The position numbers and the translations under genes were made by a program. Under the pieces are notes generated by a model. That model did not search any database. It was not told where the DNA came from and saw only the letters and a program-made list of their open reading frames with translations. A DNA stretch of 63,876 nt, counting the filler, from an uncultured bacterium (GTDB lineage: Bacteria > Latescibacterota > UBA2968): assembly GCA_964471275.1 (NCBI GenBank). It is 3 parts of 3 records of this genome, joined end to end, with 100 filler letters (N's around TTAATTAATTAA, not from the genome) between each part and the next. Parts side by side here need not be neighbours in the genome. Positions count along the whole stretch, not along the records: positions 1 to 23,673 come from CAYYGZ010000045.1; positions 23,774 to 47,370 come from CAYYGZ010000046.1; 1 more part is not named here. The stretch is one strand, 5' to 3'. This document shows, piece by piece, positions 22,706 through 30,808 of the stretch (its first letter is position 1; every line of letters begins with the position of its first letter).

Positions 22706-23673
22706 GTGCTGACGATCGATGAACTGCGATTCCTGATTTCGAGGCTGCCCCGGGTGGCGCTGGGACACTTCCCGACTCCGCTTGAGTTCTGCCCCAGACT
22801 AACCGAAGCCATCGGTGGTCCCCGCATTTTCATCAAGCGTGATGACTGTACCGGACTTGCGTTTGGCGGGAACAAGACACGACAGCTCGAATTCACGGTC
22901 GGGCAAGGTATCCACAACGGCGCTGATGTCCTGATAGGAGGAGCCGGATCGCAATCGAACCACTGCCGGCAGCTTTCTGCGGCCGCCGCGAAATTGGGTG
23001 TCGCGTGCTCGATTGCCGTCGTATCCGATCACAAGTCCGGTGGTTCGCAGGGGAATCTCCTTCTTGACGATCTGCTGGGGGCGTCGGTCCGGTTAATCGA
23101 TGTGCCCACCCAGGAACAGCTGGACGCAGCCAAGGAATTGCTGGCCGAGGAGTTGAGGACCGAGGGGAAGAACCCGTTCGTTGTGATGAAGCCAGAGAAC
23201 CGGCCCTACGGCGCCATGGGATATGCGCTGGCCGTGACCGAGATGAAGGAGCAGATGGCTTGCCGCGGGGAGTCGGTCGATGTGATCGTCGGTTGTTCCG
23301 GAAGCTGCACACAACCAGGCATAATCTTCGGGAACAAGACGCTCGACCTCGGCGCACGGATCTACGGAATCGCCCCGATCGAGTGGTCATACGACGTGAA
23401 GGCGGCGTTTCTGGGCGTGCTCGCGCGCATGGTGGAGATTCTGGAGCTTGACCTTTCGTTCACCGTGGACGACATCTGGAATTCGCCGGACTACATCGGG
23501 GTTGAAGGATATGGATACTGCTCCAAGGCGGGTAACGAGGCGCTTCGCTTGATGGCGACGACAGAGGGTATCCTGCTGGACCCAATCTACACGGGTAAAG
23601 CACTGTCAGGACTGATGGGGCTCATCGAGAAGGGCGAGATCGGGTCGGATGAAACCGTGGTGTTTCTGCATAC
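22706..23673 (+). CDS. D-cysteine desulfhydrase/ACC deaminase family PLP enzyme, 3' end cut by the contig end
   Basis: FPTPLE, KRDDCTGLAFGGNKTRQLE, QSNH and EGILLDPIYTGKA; GTG start after AGAAGGA. Confidence 0.9.
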
Positions 23674-23773
23674 NNNNNNNNNNNNNNNNNNNNNNNNNNN
23701 NNNNNNNNNNNNNNNNNTTAATTAATTAANNNNNNNNNNNNNNNNNNNNNNNNNNNNNNNNNNNNNNNNNNNN
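23674..23773. other. Artificial contig linker (N run with TTAATTAATTAA)
   Basis: Six-frame stop cassette at 23718-23729 inside Ns. Confidence 0.97.
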
Positions 23774-23894
23774 TCTTGCCCTCGGAGATGACCGATGATC
23801 TGTTCTGCTGTGTAACGCTTCCTTGCCAGGAGGACCCCTTTCTATGTCCCATATCCTAACTTTAGAGCTGGTAACATTCTAGGGGGGCAGGTCA

Positions 23895-24079
23895 GAGATC
23901 TACAACGTTATGGGCAAAAGGTGCTCCAACTGATGAGTGAGGAATAGCCCGCCGGTCGTTACCGTGTGGTCTGGGATGGCTCAGATGCGATGGGACGAAG
24001 TGTGGCCAGCGGCGTTTACTTCTACCGACTGAACGCGGGCAAGTATCAGGCGGTGAGGAAGCTGATGCTACTGAAGTAG
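23895..24079 (+). pseudogene. Orphan decayed FlgD-Ig/T9SS-type C-terminal domain, paralogous to the 3' end of 25202-30526
   Basis: EIYNVMG, frameshift, then VLQLMSEE*PAGRYRVVWDGSDAMGRSVASGVYFYRLNAGKYQAVRKLMLLK*; aligns to about 30341-30526. Confidence 0.85.
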
Positions 24080-24119
24080 GACAATCGAAAGATGCCCCAG
24101 CGTGGTAACTGCTGCGTTT

Positions 24120-24960
24120 GATGGTCAGAAGGTCCCGGAGCGGGTGGAAACGGAATGGTATATACCTCTAAATGGCTGGATCACCGGGGCCACGTGACAG
24201 GCCTCCTTAGCCCCCCAGTGAAGGGGAAGAGGCCAGACCAGGCATAGCCTTCCCCCTGCGTGTGGGCAGTGCCATGGACGTGAGAGACCGCAAACCGCTA
24301 CCGGGTGCAGCATCTTGTACGAGGGGCAAGCTCCCGTACAAGATCGTGTAGAGACTCGTTGACTAGAGCGAATGACCGTATTGACAGGAGACGGCCTATT
24401 GTGAGGACCTGAGTAATCGAAATCTGCCGCAGCAGGTGTGATGTGACATCTGCAGAAGAGCGGAAGAATCGGGTTGCAACTCATCTCAGATGGGGGGAGG
24501 CAGCCGATTCGATAATACACGACAAATCTCTCAGGGGTGGGAGGCGTGGTCCTCTAAGACCGCATAGGCCTGGTGTCTATCTGTCTGGTCAGACGGGCAC
24601 CACAACCCACAGCTGGGAGATTCTTGTGTGTTCAACTGTGGTGTCTGGCCACTACCGGACGGATTCTAGTAATCCCTATCCAGGCCAGATCAGATACGTG
24701 CGGGAAAGGAGGCAACCTGGAGAATCGTAAAAATGGTGCCACGACAAGAGCACAGGATATCGGCCGAGACGGATCCGACCGCAGCGGCTCAGAGATACCG
24801 GTCCGAGTCGGTCCAGAGCGCCCGAAACGACGCAGAAACACCGGCATTTATCGCTTAAGGTTGTTGTTCCGCCTGCCGATAGTAGGACTACGTAACTTAG
24901 GCAGATCCATGCCCGGGACACCCGATCTGGGCTCCAAAAGCCTTGTTACGCTTGGGTTTT
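24120..24960 (+). ncRNA. Candidate large structured RNA or structured 5' leader
   Basis: Run of stems paired by hand, including a ~120-nt rod at 24514-24632; several stems rely on G-U pairs that form only on the + strand; no credible ORF. Confidence 0.55.
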
Positions 24961-24962
24961 CA

Positions 24963-24974
24963 GCTCTTTGACAA
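24963..24974 (+). promoter_or_regulatory. boxA-like Nus antitermination element
   Basis: GCTCTTTGACAA, close to the boxA consensus GYTCTTTAANA. Confidence 0.5.
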
Positions 24975-25201
24975 AGACAAAAGTAGAAGAAACGCAGAAC
25001 TAAAAATCAAACAGAAAACGGAGGTGATGACTAGGACAGGCTGAGATGTAAGTGCGCAAGAAGGTCGAGTGGGAGACCAGAAGGCGCGTCGAAGGATTCT
25101 AACCGGATCGGCTAATACGGATGTTAGTCGGCCCAAAACCGAAGCCGTTAACGAATAACAGCTTCAAGCAAAGTCGTTCAATAGTCCAAGGAAGGAGCTC
25201 A

Positions 25202-28200
25202 ATGATGAAACAGAAGCTCTTGAGTTTCATTGCGGTCGTCGTGATCCTGTTCCTCGCTCCAGGAACATCGATGGGTCAGACGGTCACCCTGACACCGGAA
25301 GCGATTCCGAACGGAATAGCGTCGTTGTCGGGCGAACTGTATCACCAAAGAATCGATATCCGTTTCGGCGGAACTGCCTCTGCGGCAGCCGCGCTAAACT
25401 TGATCCGCGGTGTGACGATCACACTGCCGTCCGAAGTGGCAGTCGATGTCACGACAATCACGTCGACGGGCAGCGTGGCTTTCGCTACACTCAGCGGGGT
25501 CTATCTGCCGACGACGGCGAACAACACGGCTGCCGGAAACGGTGTTCTGGAGTTTGCGGTCACGGGAACCGGCGCCGCGAATCAAACACTGACGATCGAG
25601 TTCGACGTTACAACGCCGACCTCGTTTACGGGTATTCCTACAGGCACGAAGGTGGACACATCCATCTCTGTTCAATTCGCGCCCTCACTCGGATCTACCC
25701 AGACAGTTGCAACAGCCAAACACAACAATCTACAGGTTCGGGAAATCCATTTCTCCGCTCCCGATGAGACAAACGGGGACACGACGTCAGCTGGTGGCCG
25801 TTTCTACAAGCTGGCATTTCCGAGTCTTCCTGACCTGAGTCACTCAGATCTTTCTGGTGTTACGCAAGCGATGGCCGGAATCGCGGCCGTGACTGACCAA
25901 GGGACAGACGTGATGTATTCGTTCTACCTGTCCACTGATTCGACACTGATCGAAAGACCGCTGACTTTGGGTGAGACTTCATTTTTCACTTCCCTCTCGG
26001 CACTTCCTACGGGGTCGCAGGTACCGCTGCTCGGTACGCGACAGAATCCTCGTATCGTGGACCGCACATTCATCCGTGCGGACTACAATACGGTGTGGGC
26101 AACGGCGGCGGGGGACAGCGTTGCCGGTATCATCTCTCTGGCGGGAACGCAGGACAACACGACGTATTTCGTTTATGTCCTTGCTGATCCGGCAGCCGAT
26201 CGATTGGCCTCGAACATGTCCACAGCAACTGGCAAGAAGACCTTCGACGCTTCAGTGCGCGGTGCCTTCACGGGCGGCGTGTTCCTGGGGCGAAGCGGTC
26301 CTCTGTTTGTCCAGCACCCGCCGGAGTTCGTGATCGCAGGCTGGGATTACGACAACGACGGGAATGACGATTTCTCCACAACGGGTGTCGTCCAGGTACC
26401 TGGTGACGCCATCGGTATGACGCCGGGGGGCGGAACTCAGAAGGACAACGTCAACGCGACAATCGATACAGGCGACTTCTTTGGTCAGAGCACTGCTGGG
26501 ACGGCGCTCAGTTCGTTCAACACCGGCAATGTTCCAGGTCCGACGACGACCATCCCGCTGATCTACGTAGCTGACGATATCGATGATCCGTCCAATTTTC
26601 AGATGAACATCATTCTGTCTACAAACAGTGGGCTGGGTGTTACGGATCTGCACGGGGGGGGTATCGACTCTTTCGACGTCGCGAGTTCTGTTCGGATTCC
26701 GGGAACAGATACACTGACGACCGGTTTCGGGGCCTACACGTTCGATCCGATCGTGCGTGACAATGTTACGAATCTGATCACGTCATACGTTCCGGAGGGG
26801 ACATACAATGTCTACTTCGTGGCGACTGACGGTACGCATCGTACGGTGTATCAGGCAGTTGACGATCCCTTCCAGTCGAGCCCGACAGCGGCGACACTGA
26901 GAGTTCGCCATTCACCGAATATCCAGACTGTCGATGCCTTCTCCCTCAACGATTTCGACGGAGACGGTGATCTTGATGTAATCACGGGTATCGAAGTGTC
27001 GCAGATGGCTTCCGACGCCGATGGTAAGAACCTTTCAGCAGGTCCTGCCCAGCGGTATGTGAACGTCTTCTGGGGCAACGCCGGATTGGACGCCGACCTC
27101 GATGTCGACGACGATGCGACGATCAATCTCTACTACAGTACGCGGAGCACCTTCCGGGCTGTCGGGGCAAGCGTTGCCTACACAAGCGGTAACTCCGACG
27201 GAACGGACCTCCTGTCAGCGATCACGCAGGGCAATAACGATACACACCTGTTTGCCAGCGGGATCAAGGAGGATCCGGATGGTCTCTTCGATGACAGCTA
27301 TGCCTGGGATCTCTGGAACTATGTCTCACCCGAGGGTACGGTTCCCCGTACGGGCGTTCGTTACTATGTGTATGGTCTGCTTAGCGGCGGATCGACGCGT
27401 CGTCTCGAATCCTTCACCTCGTCTGGTGGCATCGTCTTTGAGCACCCACCGTATGCGAGAATCCTCGAGCCATCTCAGGATATCACCGTTACTATCGATG
27501 AGCCTGTCACGGTCCAGTGGGAAGCTTTCGACGTTGATAATGGTGAGCAGGCCGGATTGGGTGCCGTTCCCATTGGCCAGAGCGGCCGGATTTCACCAAA
27601 CAGCAGCACGGATTCGAACAACCTTCGAATCCTGCTGACGACGGCGGACTTCGGCGAGGTGACGAGCTATGGTTCGATCACCAGTGCCTCGACGGCCAAC
27701 TTGACGCCATTCTGGCTGGGTAACTCTACGGATGGTACTCTGGGTGGTGAAATTGAGCTGAACGAGGGCGTAGACAGTGCCTTCGTGATTCAGGGCCGGA
27801 ACATGACGGCCAATATCGGTAACACCAACAACGCAACGCTTGACCTGCCGACGAATGGTGGACTGGGAACGACCTACTTCGTCTACCTGGCAGTCGATCG
27901 TGGCGCCCACGATGGTATTCCGTCAGGTCAGTCAGCGGTGTTTGATGCAGCATCTCCGCTGGTACGTGGACCGGGGCGGATCACTTTCACGGGCTCTGTT
28001 CCCGCACTGCCTTCAACGAGTGCACGATTCACGATTCCAACAAGGCTGACAGCCGTATCGAACCAGACCATCCAGTTCCCGATCATCCCTGATGAGGGTG
28101 ACGCGACGGGTGCGACGAGCATCGACGTGGTTGACATTTTTTTGACGGTGGATCCGGCGTTGTTTGAGGCCGTCGATACGGACCCGAACACTGCCGGTGT

Positions 28201-30526
28201 CCAGCCCTTCGGCATCGGGGCAAACTCGCAGATCACAGGGTCCAACGTGAGCCAGGCTGCATACATAGACAAGTCTGGGTTGCTGAGGCTGGACTTCATA
28301 TACAACACAGGTGGCGGCTCCGGCCAGCTCACGTTCTTCGATAACCAGCAGATTCTGGCTACGGCGAACCTGAAGGCCCTTCCGCTCTCCGGTGGTGCCA
28401 CTGTTGCCACGACGATCTCGCTCGATAACTCGGGCACTCGCGTGAGCAAGATGATCTCGGGCACAAGCACGCTCGGTCTGGCCATTCCGGCCCCGGCCGA
28501 AGTCGATATCGTCCGACGCGCTCAGATGTCCGGTACGATTCCGCTTCAGGGTCGCACCACGTCAGCGGATACGGTCACGGTTGTCCTCCGCGAGGTGGGT
28601 GACTTGATTCCGTCGACCGACTCCCTGTTCGCACTCAACGATACCGACGCTTCGATTGCCGGTGTTCAGATTATCACGACCGGTGTCAATGGCGACTTTA
28701 CGCTCGAGAATGTTCCGTCTGGTCGCTTTATCCTGATGGCGCTGGTTCCGCGGCATCTTGCGGGACACGACACAATAGACGTTAGCGGCGGCCTGGATAT
28801 CTCAGGACTGCAGCCGACGTTGGATGGTGAAGGTATCGACCGCACCTTCCTGCTCGCAGGCGATGCGGCCGGTTACTCCGACAGCACGGGGACGAATGTT
28901 CCCGACAACCAGGTCGGAGCCGCCGATATCAACGCTGTAAACGCCGCGCTGTTCTCGCAGCCAGGTGACTCGAACTTCAACACGTTCGCTGACATTAACC
29001 GCGATGATATAGTGAACGGTACGGATAAGGACTTCACCACGGTCAACACGACCGATAACACAGGTGCAGCGGGTAACATCGTTCCGGTGTTCCCGAACTT
29101 CAAGCAGGCTGTTGTTGAGGGTAACAACGCAGAAGCCGTCCTGATGCTGAAGGATCTGCCCACGGCTGAAGTCAGCCCGGGTGAGACCTTTGACGTCACG
29201 ATCGCGGTCGAAGGCGCTGTTTCCGTCCGCACCTACGAGTTCCACCTTGCATATGATCCTGAGATGATCGAGGTAGCCGACCTCGTGTCGCAGGGAACCC
29301 TCTTCCAGAACTACCGGTTTGATCTCGGTGGTAAGAACGAAGGTGGCGACCTCGGCCTGGTCAACTCGATCCTTGGTAGAACACCAGTCGGCGCTTCCGG
29401 TGAAGGAACGCTCGCGACTATCCGCTTCCGGGCAATCAGCCGGTCGGCGGAGACCTCGCTGGCACTGACGGACGCCCTGCTGATCGACGTCGATCACCAG
29501 CCTGCCACCCCGCAGTTGACGGGTGGGGCGATGATCGTCCTCAGCAGCGATCCGATCGCCTACCACGACGCATCAGGTGAGCGTGTCTTGGGTCTGATCC
29601 TCGCGGATCAGGATGCCATCGTCGACTTCAACGACTTCGTGGCCTTCGCCGGCGCCTTCGGGACGTCGACGGGTGATGCCCAGTATGATTTTCGGGCTGA
29701 TCTGAATGGTGACGACGCCGTTGACTTCACGGACTTCATCATCTTCGCAGAGAACTTCGGCCGCACGGCCGTCGACGCTCCGGCAGCACGCCGCGCGGGC
29801 AAGCAAGCCTTGTCCGCCGGCGTGAACGCTGCTTCTACCCTCGGTTTGGCAGTAATGGGTGAGGCACGCATGGGTGAGCTTCTGACGCTGTCCGCGACAG
29901 TAGCAGATGCCCAGGCGCTTCAGGGCTGGGGCTTCTCCGTGGCATATGATGTGACCCAATACGAGTTCGTCGAAGCTCGTGCTCCCGAGAGCAATCTGCT
30001 CGAGAGCACGGGTGGTGACGCGCCTCTGTTCTTCGTGAATGACGAATCCGGCGTTGTCAGTCTGGCCAGCGCGATCAGCGCAGGTCCAGTGGCGTCGGGT
30101 GGTGGCGCGGTTGCCGAACTGGTATTCCGTCCGATCGGTGACATCGAAAGCGGTCTTTTCGACGTCGCCAATGGTGTGGTGTTTGATCCGAACCAGCTTC
30201 AGAACCGTTTGGGCACGCCGGGTTCGCTCGAAGTCCGGGCGCTTCCGACAGAGTTCGCGTTGAATCAGAACTTCCCGAACCCGTTCAACCCAGAGACGAC
30301 GATTGCGTACGATCTGGCTGACGGTGGTCGCGTGGAGTTGGAGATCTACAACGTGATGGGTCAGATGGTGATGCAGCTGGTGAGTGAAGAGCAGCCTGCC
30401 GGCCGCTACCGCGTGGTCTGGGACGGTGCAGACGCAATTGGCCGGAGCGTGGCCAGTGGTGTCTACTTCTACCGTCTGAACACCACGCAGTACAACGCCG
30501 TCAGGAAACTTATGCTCCTTAAGTAG
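25202..30526 (+). CDS. Large secreted surface protein with cohesin-like and dockerin/EF-hand modules and a C-terminal FlgD-Ig/T9SS-type sorting domain (S-layer/scaffoldin-like)
   Basis: AGGAG RBS; signal peptide MMKQKLLSFIAVVVILFLA; Thr/Gly/Ser/Asp-rich; DINRDDIVNGTD and DLNGDDAVDFTDF; cohesin-like AYDP...GEGTLATIRF; LNQNFPNPFNP...RKLMLLK. Confidence 0.9.
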   Translation: MMKQKLLSFIAVVVILFLAPGTSMGQTVTLTPEAIPNGIASLSGELYHQRIDIRFGGTASAAAALNLIRGVTITLPSEVAVDVTTITSTGSVAFATLSGVYLPTTANNTAAGNGVLEFAVTGTGAANQTLTIEFDVTTPTSFTGIPTGTKVDTSISVQFAPSLGSTQTVATAKHNNLQVREIHFSAPDETNGDTTSAGGRFYKLAFPSLPDLSHSDLSGVTQAMAGIAAVTDQGTDVMYSFYLSTDSTLIERPLTLGETSFFTSLSALPTGSQVPLLGTRQNPRIVDRTFIRADYNTVWATAAGDSVAGIISLAGTQDNTTYFVYVLADPAADRLASNMSTATGKKTFDASVRGAFTGGVFLGRSGPLFVQHPPEFVIAGWDYDNDGNDDFSTTGVVQVPGDAIGMTPGGGTQKDNVNATIDTGDFFGQSTAGTALSSFNTGNVPGPTTTIPLIYVADDIDDPSNFQMNIILSTNSGLGVTDLHGGGIDSFDVASSVRIPGTDTLTTGFGAYTFDPIVRDNVTNLITSYVPEGTYNVYFVATDGTHRTVYQAVDDPFQSSPTAATLRVRHSPNIQTVDAFSLNDFDGDGDLDVITGIEVSQMASDADGKNLSAGPAQRYVNVFWGNAGLDADLDVDDDATINLYYSTRSTFRAVGASVAYTSGNSDGTDLLSAITQGNNDTHLFASGIKEDPDGLFDDSYAWDLWNYVSPEGTVPRTGVRYYVYGLLSGGSTRRLESFTSSGGIVFEHPPYARILEPSQDITVTIDEPVTVQWEAFDVDNGEQAGLGAVPIGQSGRISPNSSTDSNNLRILLTTADFGEVTSYGSITSASTANLTPFWLGNSTDGTLGGEIELNEGVDSAFVIQGRNMTANIGNTNNATLDLPTNGGLGTTYFVYLAVDRGAHDGIPSGQSAVFDAASPLVRGPGRITFTGSVPALPSTSARFTIPTRLTAVSNQTIQFPIIPDEGDATGATSIDVVDIFLTVDPALFEAVDTDPNTAGVQPFGIGANSQITGSNVSQAAYIDKSGLLRLDFIYNTGGGSGQLTFFDNQQILATANLKALPLSGGATVATTISLDNSGTRVSKMISGTSTLGLAIPAPAEVDIVRRAQMSGTIPLQGRTTSADTVTVVLREVGDLIPSTDSLFALNDTDASIAGVQIITTGVNGDFTLENVPSGRFILMALVPRHLAGHDTIDVSGGLDISGLQPTLDGEGIDRTFLLAGDAAGYSDSTGTNVPDNQVGAADINAVNAALFSQPGDSNFNTFADINRDDIVNGTDKDFTTVNTTDNTGAAGNIVPVFPNFKQAVVEGNNAEAVLMLKDLPTAEVSPGETFDVTIAVEGAVSVRTYEFHLAYDPEMIEVADLVSQGTLFQNYRFDLGGKNEGGDLGLVNSILGRTPVGASGEGTLATIRFRAISRSAETSLALTDALLIDVDHQPATPQLTGGAMIVLSSDPIAYHDASGERVLGLILADQDAIVDFNDFVAFAGAFGTSTGDAQYDFRADLNGDDAVDFTDFIIFAENFGRTAVDAPAARRAGKQALSAGVNAASTLGLAVMGEARMGELLTLSATVADAQALQGWGFSVAYDVTQYEFVEARAPESNLLESTGGDAPLFFVNDESGVVSLASAISAGPVASGGGAVAELVFRPIGDIESGLFDVANGVVFDPNQLQNRLGTPGSLEVRALPTEFALNQNFPNPFNPETTIAYDLADGGRVELEIYNVMGQMVMQLVSEEQPAGRYRVVWDGADAIGRSVASGVYFYRLNTTQYNAVRKLMLLK

Positions 30527-30558
30527 GCAGAAGTTTCTAAGGCGAATTCCTTGGACAT

Positions 30559-30597
30559 ATCCGGCCGAGCTGCGGCTAGTCTGCAGCTCGGCCGGAT
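30559..30597 (+). terminator. Strong 15-bp hairpin without a U-tract (terminator or 3' stabilizer)
   Basis: ATCCGGCCGAGCTGC pairs with GCAGCTCGGCCGGAT directly after the stop codon. Confidence 0.7.
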
Positions 30598-30726
30598 CCT
30601 TACCCCGAATTACCCAGTTTATACCCACCCCGCAGCATCCTGCACCGTCTCGGTTTTCTCTGTTGGTATTTTACCCATCTTTTGGTGGGGGCTATCCCGT
30701 TGTATCGGACCACATTGTGTCTCCTG

Positions 30727-30741
30727 TGGCACGATGATTGC
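30727..30741 (+). promoter_or_regulatory. sigma54 (-24/-12) promoter
   Basis: TGGCAC-GATGA-TTGC matches the TGGCAC-N5-TTGC consensus exactly, about 70 nt before ATG 30809. Confidence 0.75.
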
Positions 30742-30808
30742 CCTGTATGCTGCCGGATCAGGCTGATTCCTGCCCACATCAGAGCTCAAAACGAGAGCCA
30801 CCAGCGAG

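Noticed and set aside
23674..23773. TTAATTAATTAA within Ns (also 47371-47470) as a biological repeat
   Set aside because: It is a six-frame stop linker used to join contigs, so adjacency across it is meaningless
24125..24971. Short ORFs in the long intergenic region
   Set aside because: They overlap in several frames and lack RBSs and recognisable motifs; RNA structure explains the region better
23895..30526. CTD remnant and gene 3' end as a diversity-generating retroelement template/variable repeat pair
   Set aside because: Differences are mostly synonymous and not adenine-specific, and no reverse transcriptase is present in the window
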